DNA of 32,000 nucleotides from Buchnera aphidicola (Anoecia corni) (GCF_964056675.1 NZ_OZ060371.1:518528-550527); one strand, 5' to 3'. Positions 1 through 11,212 are shown, counted from the stretch's first letter. The notes: generated by a model not told the origin, from the sequence alone. Made by a program: numbers and translations.

Positions 1-1588
1 CATAATGAGAGTGAGTGAATAATTGTTTTAATATAGCTGAATAATCCATAGCACAAGGCGAAATATTTTTATTTAAACAAAAACCTAAATGATATAACAT
101 TTCTTGACAATTCTTAACACTTTTTTCGTCAGGAGGTTCATGATTTCTAAACGGTATAAAGGATTCGTTTTTTATTAAAAATTGAGCTGTTACTAAATTA
201 GCTAAAACCATACATAATTCAATTAATTCATGAGAATTATATATATTCTTTTTATAAATATCTTTTATTTTTAAAGAAGATGACAGTTTTATCTTATACT
301 CTTGTTTTTTAAAAGAAATTTTATTTTGTAATACTGGAGAAGATTTTAAAACTAAATATAATTGATATAAACAGTGTAAATCTTTTAATAAATTATTGTA
401 TTTAATACATACTAATTTTTTGTTCTGCCAGATATTATAAAGTTCTGTATAAGTAAGACGAGCATGAGAATTTATAATTGCTTGATAATGTTTGTAATTT
501 AAAATCTCTCCTTTTACTGATAACACTATTTCACAAACTAAAGTTAATCTATCTTTTTTAGGAATTAACGAACACAAATTATCGGATATTTTTTTTGGAA
601 ACATTGAAACAGAATAAGAAGGAAAATAAACAGATGTACTACGATTTTTAGCTTCTTTGTCTAATAATGAGTTAGGTTTTACATAATAACTGACGTCTGA
701 AATAGCAATCCATACATTCCAAGTACCGTTTGGATTAATTCTACAACATATAGCATCGTCAAAATCAAAAGCTTCTTCGTCATCTATTGTTACTAAAGGT
801 AAACTTCTTAAATCTACATAATTATTAACTATATCATCAGGAAAATCTTCATCTAATTTAATTACTTCTCGTTGAACATCTTTAGAAAATTTTTTTGGAA
901 TAAAATAATTATGCAGTGCTATTTGCGCTGCTAATACTGCATTCATCGTTTTTCCAAGTAATTTATATACTATTCCTGTAGCAATCTTAGTTTTTGTAGC
1001 TCTTTTAATAAGTTTTACTATCACTATAAAACCTGATTTAATAAATTTATTTTTGTTTTTATCAACTATTAATATTTGAAAATTAAATCTCAAATCATAA
1101 GGAAAAACTAAAAATTTATCATTACGTTTAAAACATTTCCCAATTATAAATAATGAATTCACGGTATTTACTTTAATAACTATAGCTTCATATCTTTTTT
1201 TATCCGACATTTTAAAAACATATGCAGAAATTGAATCTCCATGTATACAATTTTTCATTTGTCTTTTAGATAACCAACAACTTTCTTTTAGATATGCATT
1301 ATTAAAAAAACCATAACCATTGCGATGACCTTCTACTGTTCCTTTAAGTATGTTTTTTTTATTTATCAAAATATATGTTGATTTTCTAATTAATAATAAC
1401 TCTTTTCTTTTTCCCATTTCACCTAAAGTATTCTTTAACTTTTTCTTTTCTTCTAAACTAACTATTTTAAATACTTTTTCTATTTGTTCTATAGTAATAA
1501 TACTTTTATTATTCTTCTTCATCCAAGAAAGAAGTAAATTTTTTAAAAATACAATTGACCTATTTTTTTTGTAGACACTGACTACCAT
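1..1588 (-). CDS. rnr: Ribonuclease R (RNase R/VacB), N-terminal ~529 codons; the 3' end runs off the left edge of the window
   Basis: This ORF is absent from the supplied track because it has no stop inside the window. Hand translation of the minus strand from the ATG at 1588-1586 stays open to base 1: MVVSVYKKNRSIVFLKNLL...GTVEGHRNGYGFF...LPLVTIDDEEAFDFDDAICC...WIAISDVSYYV...NRSTSVYFP...SHARLTYTE. These segments match E. coli RNase R blocks (GHRDGYGF, TIDGEDARDFDDAV, ADVSYYV, NRGTSVYFP, SHARLTYT). A GGAG lies ~9 nt upstream of the ATG. The gene neighbours purA, as in E. coli. Confidence 0.9.
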   Translation of the reverse strand, partial: MVVSVYKKNRSIVFLKNLLLSWMKKNNKSIITIEQIEKVFKIVSLEEKKKLKNTLGEMGKRKELLLIRKSTYILINKKNILKGTVEGHRNGYGFFNNAYLKESCWLSKRQMKNCIHGDSISAYVFKMSDKKRYEAIVIKVNTVNSLFIIGKCFKRNDKFLVFPYDLRFNFQILIVDKNKNKFIKSGFIVIVKLIKRATKTKIATGIVYKLLGKTMNAVLAAQIALHNYFIPKKFSKDVQREVIKLDEDFPDDIVNNYVDLRSLPLVTIDDEEAFDFDDAICCRINPNGTWNVWIAISDVSYYVKPNSLLDKEAKNRSTSVYFPSYSVSMFPKKISDNLCSLIPKKDRLTLVCEIVLSVKGEILNYKHYQAIINSHARLTYTELYNIWQNKKLVCIKYNNLLKDLHCLYQLYLVLKSSPVLQNKISFKKQEYKIKLSSSLKIKDIYKKNIYNSHELIELCMVLANLVTAQFLIKNESFIPFRNHEPPDEKSVKNCQEMLYHLGFCLNKNISPCAMDYSAILKQLFTHSHY

Positions 1589-1864
1589 AACTATTAGCTC
1601 CTACATTTAATTCATATACATTTAATTATAAAAACATTCTTTAATATATTTTATTTTTAAAATAAAGTTAATATTTTTTATGTAAGATTAGACTAAAAAA
1701 TATGTTATTGATAATTTATTTAATTAATAAAAACTTAAAAAATTAAGAATGAATTTATTGTTTTAACATTTAATATGAATGATTTTTTAATAATAAGAAA
1801 ATTGTACTTTTACATATGAAACAACTGTTTAATTACACTAAATTATTGTTTTTTTAAACGTACT

Positions 1865-3163
1865 TTAAAAATTTTTATTTATAAAAACTGTATCTTCTCT
1901 TGCTGGACCAGTAGAAATTATTACTACAGGAACTTTTAGTATCTTTTCTATATACTTAATATAATCCTTCGCAGCATCCGGTAATAAATTCCACTCAGTT
2001 ATTCCGAATGTAGATTTATTCCATCCTAAAAACTTTTTATAAATAGGTACTATATTTTTCCAATCATTTATAGTACATGGAATATTATATATTTTTTTAC
2101 CTGTTTTTATATGTTTATAACCTATACAAACATTTATTAATTTTAAAGTATCTAATACATCTAGTTTAGTTAAACATATTCCATTTAACGAATTTAACTG
2201 CACTGCATACTTAACTAAAACTAAATCTAACCAACCTATCCTTCTTTTTCTTCCAGTAGTAGAACCGAACTCATTTCCTATTTTACATATACTATCTGCT
2301 ATAGTTCCAAATTGTTCTGTTGGAAAAGGTCCATTGCCTACTCGAGTAGAGTATGACTTTACAATACCTAAAATATAATTTATAGCAGAAAATCCTATTC
2401 CTGTGCCCGAAAAAACAGAACCAATCGTACTATTAGAAGACGTCACATATGGATATGTTCCATGATCTATATCTAACAAAGAACCTTGAGCCCCCTCAAA
2501 TATAATATTTTTTTTCTTTTTAATTATTTTATGCAACGTACTATGTACGTCTATAACTAAACTTAGTAAATACTCTCTATATTTGTGTAACTCATTTATT
2601 ACTGCAGAATATTCTACTTTCTTTTCTTTATAAAAATTGATTAATTGAAAGTTGTAAAAATCTAAATTTTCTTTTACATGATTTTGAAAATAATTTACAT
2701 CCTTTAAATCTCCAATTCTTAAGCATCTCCTAGCTATCTTATCTTCATAGGAAGGACCTATACCTCTACCTGTTGTACCAATAGATTTTGAACCGCAAAA
2801 TTTTTCTCGAGCTTTATCGATAGCTATATGGTACTCTAACAATAATGGGATCGATTCAGATAAGAACAATCTATTTTTTATTAAAATTCCTTGTTTTTTA
2901 AGTATATTAATTTCTTTTATAAAATTACATGGATATAGCACCACACCGTTAGTAATAATACATATTACGTTTTTATTTAAAATTCCAGAAGGAATCATAT
3001 GCAATATAGTTTTTTTATTATTTAAAACGATTGAATGCCCAGCATTATGACCTCCTTGAAATCGAACTACATAATTAACAAATTTAGTTAATAAATCAAC
3101 AATTTTACCTTTGCCTTCATCCCCCCACTGCATTCCTAATATAACTATTCTTTTATTTTTCAT
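1865..3163 (-). CDS. purA: Adenylosuccinate synthetase
   Basis: The track ORF 1865..3184 contains MKNKRIVILGMQWGDEGKGKIVDLL...GHNAGH...TTGRGIGP, which aligns along its length with E. coli PurA. I prefer the second Met (3163) as the start: it gives 432 aa like E. coli PurA and has an AGGA ~9 nt upstream. The extra 7 codons from 3184 have no counterpart. Confidence 0.95.
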   Translation of the reverse strand: MKNKRIVILGMQWGDEGKGKIVDLLTKFVNYVVRFQGGHNAGHSIVLNNKKTILHMIPSGILNKNVICIITNGVVLYPCNFIKEINILKKQGILIKNRLFLSESIPLLLEYHIAIDKAREKFCGSKSIGTTGRGIGPSYEDKIARRCLRIGDLKDVNYFQNHVKENLDFYNFQLINFYKEKKVEYSAVINELHKYREYLLSLVIDVHSTLHKIIKKKKNIIFEGAQGSLLDIDHGTYPYVTSSNSTIGSVFSGTGIGFSAINYILGIVKSYSTRVGNGPFPTEQFGTIADSICKIGNEFGSTTGRKRRIGWLDLVLVKYAVQLNSLNGICLTKLDVLDTLKLINVCIGYKHIKTGKKIYNIPCTINDWKNIVPIYKKFLGWNKSTFGITEWNLLPDAAKDYIKYIEKILKVPVVIISTGPAREDTVFINKNF

Positions 3164-4133
3164 TATTGAATATCCTTTGTTCATAACGATTTAAACTATT
3201 TCCGATATTCATAATTAGTATTCCTATATGTTATGTGTATAATTCAAAATTAAAAATTTAAAGATAAACATATTTTCTTATGTTTTATATATACAATTTT
3301 TATTGTATAAATTAAAAAAAAATATTTTTATATATAAAATACTACTTTTTTTATGTTTTTTATTTTTAAATAAAACTAATTATGTAAAAGATAAACTAAA
3401 AATCTCTATTTTATAAAAAATCTTTTATTACACATATTAAAAATCAATATATATCTAAATAAATACACAGATATTTTTTAATTATAAGTCATAATTAAAC
3501 ATTAATATAATCAATATTTATTATCAATTCTAGCATTTTACTCTATTAATAAAATAAACTTTATGTTATTTAATTATTTTAAATAGTATTATACTGTATA
3601 AAAATTAAATGATTAATTAACATAAATAATATAACGTTATCAACGATGTAAAATTATTTAATGCTTTACATTTTAAAAAAAATATTTATGTATTGTATTT
3701 ACATATAAAACATTTATTCAAAAAAAAATAATCTTATATAGATTTTTTTTTATAAAAATAAAATCTATACTTATACTATAACAAATATTTTTTCTAAAAA
3801 AGTAAATATATATATATTGCTTTATCTATTAAAGATTTTAATTTTTATAAAGTAAAAAAACATTTTATACTTAAACTAAACTTATAGTACTAAATAAGAC
3901 ATTATATTAACATTTTTTAGTAAATTAATCAGTTGTATTAACAAATGAGATTTACTATTTATTTACTAAAAAAAAATAAAAAAAATTATATATATATAAA
4001 TAATATATATTTTTATATATTTACATATATCATTTTTATTAAATTTTAAATAATTATTAAACTAAATGCGTTAAAGTACATACACATATATTTACATATA
4101 ACTACTGATAAATAATAACTTTTATATTATTTT

Positions 4134-4865
4134 CTATAGTACATTTAATTCTTTGACATAGTCTTTAACTAATTTTATACTATGTATCTTAATTTCTTTT
4201 CCATGAACTCCAATACTATTTAATATTTTTTGTTTGCACATTTCATTAAAAATTTTTTCTTGAATATCAATTATTTTAGAACTTAATATATCATCAGTTG
4301 AACATTGTTCAATTATTTTTTTGGAACAGTTTAATAAAGCTTCATCTAAATACATATCAATTTTTTCTTCTTTAACTAAAAAAAAATATTGCGTTGGATT
4401 AAAAATTTTATAACAAAATTCTATTTTTACTTGTACTTTACAATCATTGTTAGTAGGAAGTTTAATAGAAATAATTTTACTTTTCACATTTTTACATTCA
4501 GTTAAATCTAATAAACCTGTAAATCTTTTATTCCAATCAAACCCTGGTTGTATAAAATTACTAATTCTCCAAAAAAAATTTAGAGTTTTCTGACTCGAAC
4601 AATGGAATAAATATAAACCAGTTAACATCCAAAAAAATAAAAAAATAAATGCAAAATATTTAAATATTTTTTTTAACTTTGTAAAAAAATTTTTTCTTTT
4701 CTTATTTTTGCAACTTGAATCATTGAAATTTAATACATCATTTTCTTTATTATATTTATTTTTAATTTTTGATGATTTGTTATCTTTAAGAACAGCATTA
4801 ACTTTCGGTTTTTTATATCCCCAAACATCCCTTTGTATCTTATTAGATTTTTTTTTATCTGACAT
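4134..4865 (-). CDS. hflK: HflK-like SPFH/band-7 membrane protein, C-terminally truncated (~243 aa versus ~419 aa in E. coli); possibly a decaying gene
   Basis: RDVWGYKKPK matches E. coli HflK RDPWGSSKPG. One TM segment is present (FAFIFLFFWMLTGLYLF). QPGFDWNKRF matches EPGLNWKPTF, and VQVKIEFCYKIFNPTQYFF matches VRVEMNVQYRVTNPEKYLY. The ORF stops where E. coli continues with the EEVKAAFDDAIAARE... coiled-coil region. The start is probably the Met at 4865 (GAGGGGA ~5-8 nt upstream) rather than 4883. The position between miaA and purA matches E. coli miaA-hfq-hflX-hflK-hflC-purA. Confidence 0.65.
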   Translation of the reverse strand: MSDKKKSNKIQRDVWGYKKPKVNAVLKDNKSSKIKNKYNKENDVLNFNDSSCKNKKRKNFFTKLKKIFKYFAFIFLFFWMLTGLYLFHCSSQKTLNFFWRISNFIQPGFDWNKRFTGLLDLTECKNVKSKIISIKLPTNNDCKVQVKIEFCYKIFNPTQYFFLVKEEKIDMYLDEALLNCSKKIIEQCSTDDILSSKIIDIQEKIFNEMCKQKILNSIGVHGKEIKIHSIKLVKDYVKELNVL

Positions 4866-5079
4866 AACTATCCCCTCATACACTCTTTCTAGTACTAATT
4901 TTATTATATACCGTTTAATTATTTAAATATAATTTAAATAATTAAAAACATGAAAGAATTTCATTTATATGAAAAAGATAATTGATCATCAATTTTTCTA
5001 TTAACTATTTTTTTTAAAATTATTTAAAACTAAGCAATGTTATACATTTATAATTTAAATATATTTAAATTTATTTAAT

Positions 5080-6024
5080 CTAAATATATTTCTGTTTATT
5101 TAAGATGGTTAATAATGTGTTAATAGCTAATTTTTTATTTTCAGAATCTAAATAATATAAAGAACTCCAACTACGAATCCATGTCATTTGTCTCTTTGCT
5201 AAGAAAACAGTAGCTTTCATTATTTCACAAACTAATTGACTGTAATTTATTTTATTAGTTAGATATTTATACATCTGTCTATAACCAACACAACGCATAG
5301 ACGGCAAATTTTCATGAACATTTTTTTTAGACAAGATAATTTTTACTTCGTCTTCAAAACCTGATTCCAACATAATTTTTAATCGAAGTTTTATATTATT
5401 ATACAAAGTATGCTTATTTTTTGGTATTAATGCAAATTGACATATATTATGTAAAAATCTTTTATTATTGTCTGCATTAGTTTTCGTTAAAGAACTACTT
5501 TTACATAAAACACTTAATTCTAACGCTCTAAATAATCTATAAGAATCATGTGGATGAATTTTTTTAATTAACTTCGAATTTCTCTTCTTTAAAAAATCAT
5601 ATATATATTGTGTTCCTTTATTTTTTAAAATACTAATAATAGATTTTCTTAACTTTATACTCTTTTTCGGACTAAATTTTAATCCATTTAATAAAACTTT
5701 ATAATACAACATTGTCCCACCAACAAAAACTGGAATATTCCCTCTATGCTGTATACTATTTACTTCTCTTTGTGCATCATAAAAAAAATCAGCAACTGAA
5801 TACGTTTCAGTAGGATCCTTTATATTTATTAATTTATGAGGTACCTTTAATAATTCAAAACTAGTAGGTTTAGCAGTTCCTATGTTCATACCTTTGTAAA
5901 TTAATCCTGAGTCTACGCTAATAATTTCAATAGGAAGAATTTTTTTTAAATTTATAGCAAACGAAGTTTTTCCACATGCTGTTGGACCCATAATAAATAT
6001 CACAAATGATTTACTAAATGTCAT
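5080..6024 (-). CDS. miaA: tRNA dimethylallyltransferase (i6A37)
   Basis: 314 aa. It has the N-terminal P-loop IFIMGPTACGKTSFAI followed by ISVDSGLIYKGMNIGTAKPT, typical of MiaA. Length (E. coli 316 aa) and synteny agree. Confidence 0.92.
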   Translation of the reverse strand: MTFSKSFVIFIMGPTACGKTSFAINLKKILPIEIISVDSGLIYKGMNIGTAKPTSFELLKVPHKLINIKDPTETYSVADFFYDAQREVNSIQHRGNIPVFVGGTMLYYKVLLNGLKFSPKKSIKLRKSIISILKNKGTQYIYDFLKKRNSKLIKKIHPHDSYRLFRALELSVLCKSSSLTKTNADNNKRFLHNICQFALIPKNKHTLYNNIKLRLKIMLESGFEDEVKIILSKKNVHENLPSMRCVGYRQMYKYLTNKINYSQLVCEIMKATVFLAKRQMTWIRSWSSLYYLDSENKKLAINTLLTILNKQKYI

Positions 6025-6884
6025 AGTTTCTTCTATTCTGAATAGATTATTTATTATATAAAATTTATTTAATTTATTAATATCAATTATTCTCGTTTAA
6101 AATATAAAAACGCTACTTATTATCAATAAGATAAACATTTTTAATATTTCAAAAAAAGCACTCAATTGTTCTTTTAAAAAAATATAACTAAAATAAATAC
6201 ACAAATTATATTTTTTTATATACAAAATAAAGTTATACAACATTATATAATTTTATTTTATCACTCTATTATCTTAACAAATTTTTTTTATTCTCTGTTT
6301 TGTTATTAATTAACATTATCTTCATTAATTTATCAAAACGAATCAATGCTGTATATCTATGTATATATAAAAACTATTTAATTTGCTTTAATAAATAGTA
6401 TGTTACTTTTTTAAGCATTTTATATATATAAATTAACAATTAAATTTTTATATTCTATTTTACACTTTTATTTTTTTTTGATTTAACTTAACATAAAACT
6501 ATTATTGTTTTTTATTATAATTCTTTGAATTAGTTTTTAACTAATATTTTGTTTTTAATTTAAAAATTAAAAACTATATGTAATTATAAAAAATAAGTAT
6601 TAAAAATTTTTATTGTAAATAATACTAATTACACATATTGATATTTTAATCTATATAATATATGTATACTGAAAACATGGTTAATTATAATTATACAAGT
6701 ATATATAAATTTATATTTTTTAAAATAACGGTTTTTTAAATATATTTTCGATATCTATATTTATAACTTATAAAAATAAATAGTATTTTAAAAAAACATT
6801 TTTATTTAAAATAAAATAATTATAACTTTATTATTATAAATTTTTTTTAGTTAAAATGTTTTCTATTAATTTTCAACATATAAT

Positions 6885-8543
6885 TTAACGATTTGATAAT
6901 ACCTTGCTACAAAAATTTATTAATCCATTAGTCGAACTATCAAAAGAAAGATTAGATTCATTTGTACTATATATACTATTTTCAATATCATTAGCCATTT
7001 TTTTGCCTAATTCAACCCCCCACTGATCAAAACTATAAATATTAAATATTACTCCCTGAACAAATGTTTTATGCTCATATAACGCAATTAATGAACCTAA
7101 ATTATATGGATCTAATATATCTAATATAATAGAATTACTAGGTTTATTTCCATCAAAACTTTTAAAAGTTGAAAATAATTTTTCATTGTTAGTAAGATTT
7201 ACATTAAAATTGATATTTTCTTCAAAATCATTACTATTTTTACCAAACGCTAATGCTTTTGTCTGCGCTAAAAAATTTGCTAATAATTGAACACTATGCT
7301 TTTTAAATTTATTTGTTTTATTAATAGGAATTATAAAATCACAAGGAATTAATTTCGTTCCTTGATGAAGTAATTGATAAAAAGCATGTTGGCTATTTGT
7401 ACCTACCCCTCCCCATACTATAGGACCCGTTTGCCAAGATACTTTTTTTCCTTGTTTATTTATATTTTTTCCATTAGATTCCATATTCGTTTGTTGTAAA
7501 TACTCTACAAACTTATGCATATGATAATTATATGGAAGAACAGCTTCTGTTTCTGTATTGAAAAAATTATTGTACCAAATTCCAATTAACGCCAATATAA
7601 CAGGTATATTTTCTTCTAATTTTTTTTTAGAAAAATGCACATCCATGTCATAAGCTCCTTGTAAAAGACTAATAAAATTTTTATATCCAACAGCTAAAGA
7701 AATAGAAAGTCCAATAGAAGACCATAGTGAGTAACGCCCTCCAACCCAATTCCAAAATCTGAATATATTGTTTTTTGAAATTCCAAAATTTTGAGCATAT
7801 TGTACATTTGTAGTTAATGCGAAAAAATGCTTTTCTAAACTCTTTTTTATTTTTGTTTTTTTTAGAAAAATATTTTTTATTGTCGTCGCATTTGTCATTG
7901 TTTCTTTCGTAGTAAAAGTCTTTGAAGAAATTAAAAAAATAGTTGTTTCAAAATTTATTTTCTTTAAAATGCTCAAAATATTATAAGAATCAATATTAGA
8001 AATAAAATGTACATTCAAATGATTTCTATATTGCTTTAAAGATTCTATCACCATATTTGGACCTAAATGAGATCCTCCTATTCCAATATTCACAACATCA
8101 GTAATTTTTTTATTAGTATATCCAGTCCATTTACCTTGTATTATTAAATTTGAAAACACTTTCATTTGTTCTAAACTATTTTTTACATCTATCATTACAT
8201 TTCGTCCATCTACTACAATTGGATCATGACCCATATTGCGTAATGCTATATGTAAAACAGGTTGATTCTCTGTATAATTTATTTTTTTACCTGAAAACAT
8301 ATCTTTTATAGCTGTTTCTAAACCCATTTCTTTAGCAAGTTGTATTAGTAATTGTATTGTATTCTTTGTAATATTATTTTTTGAAAAATCAACTAATATT
8401 TTGTTTTTAAAAATTAATGAAAATTTTTTAAATCTACTAAAATCTTTTAAAAAAAAATCTTTTATATGTATTTTACTTATAAATTTAAAATGGTTACTAA
8501 GCTCTTTCCAAGAATTAGTTTCATTTGGATTTATTGTGTTCAT
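6885..8543 (-). CDS. pgi: Glucose-6-phosphate isomerase
   Basis: 552 aa. It is collinear with E. coli Pgi: [15 protein letters not shown]..., [83 protein letters not shown]. Confidence 0.96.
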   Translation of the reverse strand: MNTINPNETNSWKELSNHFKFISKIHIKDFFLKDFSRFKKFSLIFKNKILVDFSKNNITKNTIQLLIQLAKEMGLETAIKDMFSGKKINYTENQPVLHIALRNMGHDPIVVDGRNVMIDVKNSLEQMKVFSNLIIQGKWTGYTNKKITDVVNIGIGGSHLGPNMVIESLKQYRNHLNVHFISNIDSYNILSILKKINFETTIFLISSKTFTTKETMTNATTIKNIFLKKTKIKKSLEKHFFALTTNVQYAQNFGISKNNIFRFWNWVGGRYSLWSSIGLSISLAVGYKNFISLLQGAYDMDVHFSKKKLEENIPVILALIGIWYNNFFNTETEAVLPYNYHMHKFVEYLQQTNMESNGKNINKQGKKVSWQTGPIVWGGVGTNSQHAFYQLLHQGTKLIPCDFIIPINKTNKFKKHSVQLLANFLAQTKALAFGKNSNDFEENINFNVNLTNNEKLFSTFKSFDGNKPSNSIILDILDPYNLGSLIALYEHKTFVQGVIFNIYSFDQWGVELGKKMANDIENSIYSTNESNLSFDSSTNGLINFCSKVLSNR

Positions 8544-8839
8544 ATAGTAAATCCTATTTAATGTTTAAAATATACAAAATAGTACCTTACATCACATAAA
8601 ATTCAATTCTATACTATAAGTATATATATTTATACTTTCTTAATCATTTGTTTTTTTATTTTAATGAATCTTAAATTAATATACTATATTTTTATACTTA
8701 TACAAGCAATAATAAAATTATTATATAATTTTTTAAACTAACTATCTTTTTAACTAAATGTTAAATTAAATTATTATGTTCTATTTATTTTTAACAATTT
8801 TGTTTAAATACAACTGTTTTCTAATTAAGAAGTATATAC

Positions 8840-9382
8840 ATGAAATCTAATAATTTAGTATGGATAGACTTAGAAATGACAGGTTTAAATCCAAATTTTC
8901 ACAAAATTATTGAAATAGCAATTATTATTACAGATATTCATTTAAATATTTTATCTATAGGACCATGTATTGCTATTAATCAATCAAAAAAAAATATAAA
9001 TCTTATGAATTCATGGAATAGAATAACACATAAAAAAACAGGGCTGTTAACTAGAGTACAAACTAGTTCGTATAACGAAAAAAAAGCTGAAAAAGAAATC
9101 ATTCTTTTCTTAAAAAAATGGATTCCACGAAATTCTTCTCCTCTATGTGGGAATAGCATAAATAAAGATAGACAATTTTTATTAAAATATATGAAAAGAT
9201 TAGAATTGTACTTTCACTACAGATCTATAGACGTTAGTACTATAAAAGAATTAATTAAAAGATGGAATCCTTATTTAAAATTATTTAAAAAAAAATCTAT
9301 TCATAACGCAAAAAACGATTTATTAGAATCAATAAAAGAATTAAAATTTTATAAAAAAAATTTCTTTATTAATTTTTGTTAA
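8840..9382 (+). CDS. orn: Oligoribonuclease
   Basis: 180 aa. LVWIDLEMTGLNP...IIEIA...CGNSINKDRQFL...YFHYRSIDVSTIKEL...H.A.D.L.SI.EL matches E. coli Orn (181 aa). A tRNA-Gly(GCC) lies immediately downstream, as with E. coli orn-glyVXY. Confidence 0.95.
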   Translation: MKSNNLVWIDLEMTGLNPNFHKIIEIAIIITDIHLNILSIGPCIAINQSKKNINLMNSWNRITHKKTGLLTRVQTSSYNEKKAEKEIILFLKKWIPRNSSPLCGNSINKDRQFLLKYMKRLELYFHYRSIDVSTIKELIKRWNPYLKLFKKKSIHNAKNDLLESIKELKFYKKNFFINFC

Positions 9383-9435
9383 AGTGATTTAACATAAGGT
9401 TATTTTATCTAAATGATAGATTAAACCTAGAATAC

Positions 9436-9463
9436 TTGAAAATACTGTAAATTTAAGTATAAT
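9436..9463 (+). promoter_or_regulatory. Candidate sigma70 promoter for tRNA-Gly (TTGAAA-N16-TATAAT)
   Basis: TTGAAA sits at 9436-9441, followed by a 16-nt spacer and a perfect TATAAT at 9458-9463, ~45 nt upstream of the tRNA 5' end. Such hexamers occur often by chance at this A+T content, so this call is tentative. Confidence 0.3.
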
Positions 9464-9507
9464 AGACGTAATTACACTACAATATTAAATTATATTTTTA
9501 CTTACTT

Positions 9508-9580
9508 GCGGGAATAGCTCAGTTGGTAGAGTACAACCTTGCCAAGGTTGTGGTCGCGAGTTCGAATCTCGTTTCCCGCT
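9508..9580 (+). tRNA. tRNA-Gly (anticodon GCC)
   Basis: GCGGGAATAGCTCAGTTGGTAGAGTACAACCTTGCCAAGGTTGTGGTCGCGAGTTCGAATCTCGTTTCCCGCT. The acceptor stem is GCGGGAA/TTCCCGC and the anticodon loop is CTTGCCAAG. It is near-identical to E. coli tRNA-Gly(GCC). No CCA is encoded. Confidence 0.97.
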
Positions 9581-9868
9581 AATAAAAATATTAATTTTAA
9601 ACAATTTTATATATATTTATATTCAATTATTTTGTCTCATTCATTATTTCTAAAAACTATTTAGTATCTTAATACATCTAAATATAAAATGTCTAAATTA
9701 GATAAATCTAATACAATAAATTATTAAAAACTATTTAAACAACACATTTATTATGAAAAGTATGTCAAAAAATTAAATTGTTAATACATTTGTATTTACA
9801 TTTATTTTGTTTAACATTATTAAATGTTAATTTAACTAAATTTAATAATATGTAAACTTAAACTATTT

Positions 9869-10087
9869 CTACTTTATACCTTCTGAAAACAAAGAAAATC
9901 TTTTATTAAATCTATCAATTCTACCTTTTTTATCTACTACTCTTTGTTTTCCAGTGTAAAATGGATGACATTTAGAACATACATCTAAACTAATATCTAC
10001 ATTTATAGTAGAAAATATTTCTATTTTATTATTACAAGAACAAGAAGCTACTATTTTATAATATTTTGGATGCACATTTTTCTTCAT
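9869..10087 (-). CDS. rpmE: 50S ribosomal protein L31
   Basis: [27 protein letters not shown]...[16 protein letters not shown]...[10 protein letters not shown] matches E. coli L31 (MKKDIHPKYEEITASCSCG...CSKCHPFFTGKQR...RFNKRF). The start is taken at the third codon of the track ORF (10087), which has an AGGA 8 nt upstream. The ATG at 10093 would sit only 2 nt from that SD. Confidence 0.93.
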   Translation of the reverse strand: MKKNVHPKYYKIVASCSCNNKIEIFSTINVDISLDVCSKCHPFYTGKQRVVDKKGRIDRFNKRFSLFSEGIK

Positions 10088-10671
10088 CAACATATTCCTT
10101 ACGATATTTTTTTTTAGTTTAAAATATACTAGTTATAACAACATAGATTATTTATTATTTTTTATACTTAAAAGTAAAACACTAATAATTATACATGAGA
10201 ATGTGTACTTACCACGTTCTAAAAAAAATATATTTACTATGTTTTATAGTCTAGCTAAAAAGCTATATATATTTCAATTATCAAAAATAATAAATTATAT
10301 TAATATACTATCAAATAAAACTAATCCTAATATTAGAACTATATAATAAATATTATACAATAAAGTTGTATGACCATAAAACAAACCCTTACTATTTATA
10401 GTATCTTTTCATTTTTGTATAAAACTATAATTTAAATATTAATCATTTAATTTATTTGCTCTAACTACATAAATTTTTGAAAACCTCCATACAATTTATT
10501 AAATAATAATACTAAATATAGTCGATTATATTAAACTAAATAACATATATAAAAATATTATATATATAATATATAATATATATATCTTTTTTTTTATTTG
10601 TTTATACATAAAACTATATTTAATAATTATAACTAAGATGTTCATAATTTTAAAAAAGGAAATATTCATTA

Positions 10672-11202
10672 ATGACAACTATACTAAGTGTCCGATTAAA
10701 TAAAAAAGTAGTTATTGGAGGAGATGGACAAGCTACTTTAGGACATACTATTATGAAAAGTAATGTTAAAAAAGTAAGATCTCTTTACCATGAACAAGTA
10801 TTAGCTGGCTTTGCTGGAAGTACAGCAGATGCTTTTACTTTATTTGAATTGTTTGAAAGAAAATTAGAAATGTATCAAGGTCAACTGTTACGTGCAGCTA
10901 TCGAATTAGCTAAAGATTGGAGAACTGATAAAATTCTGAGAAAATTAGAGGCATTATTAGCTGTAGCCAATAAAAGTACTTCTTTAATTATAACTGGAAA
11001 TGGAGACGTAGTTCAACCAGAAAATGATTTAATTGCTATTGGCTCAGGAGGTTCATATGCTCAAGCTTCAGCTAGAGCTTTACTGGAAAACACTAAACTT
11101 GAAGCTATTAGTATAGTAGAAAAATCACTTAAAATTGCTGCAAATATATGTATATACACTAATCACTCATTTACTATTAAAGAATTAAACTCAGATAAAT
11201 AA
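10672..11202 (+). CDS. hslV: ATP-dependent protease HslVU, peptidase subunit
   Basis: 176 aa. MTTILSVR...[21 protein letters not shown]...[22 protein letters not shown] is almost collinear with E. coli HslV, including the catalytic Thr2. Confidence 0.97.
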   Translation: MTTILSVRLNKKVVIGGDGQATLGHTIMKSNVKKVRSLYHEQVLAGFAGSTADAFTLFELFERKLEMYQGQLLRAAIELAKDWRTDKILRKLEALLAVANKSTSLIITGNGDVVQPENDLIAIGSGGSYAQASARALLENTKLEAISIVEKSLKIAANICIYTNHSFTIKELNSDK

Positions 11203-11212
11203 GGATTATTTT

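Noticed and set aside
1350-1574. 74-aa + strand ORF (MFFLFIKIYVDFL...)
   Set aside because: It lies entirely antisense to the well-supported rnr coding frame. Its Phe/Ile/Leu-rich composition is the usual product of translating the reverse of an AT-rich Lys/Asn/Glu-rich gene, and it has no SD.
3164-3184. Longer N-terminal extensions offered by the ORF track for purA (3184), hflK (4883), rpmE (10093) and iscU (28003)
   Set aside because: In each case an internal Met aligns with the E. coli N-terminus and has a better-spaced Shine-Dalgarno. The extra residues have no homologous counterpart.
4708-4926. 72-aa + strand ORF overlapping the hflK 5' end
   Set aside because: It is antisense to the HflK-like frame, hydrophobic and low-complexity, and resembles no known family. 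It is treated as a shadow ORF.
10477-10492. sigma32-like heat-shock promoter elements upstream of hslVU (TTGAAAA directly abutting CCTCCATAC)
   Set aside because: Both half-sites resemble the sigma32 consensus (CTTGAAA ... CCCCATNT), but they are contiguous instead of separated by ~13-15 nt. They therefore cannot function as a canonical promoter. This may be a scrambled remnant or chance, and is not callable from sequence alone.
10541-10600. TA/ATATA-rich periodic strings (also at 3961-4030, 12841-12880 and 16001-16024) checked as possible CRISPR or tandem arrays
   Set aside because: They are only short, irregular low-complexity AT repeats. No repeat-spacer periodicity of 25-40 nt occurs and no cas genes are present. 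This is typical slippage-generated simple sequence in an AT-rich genome.
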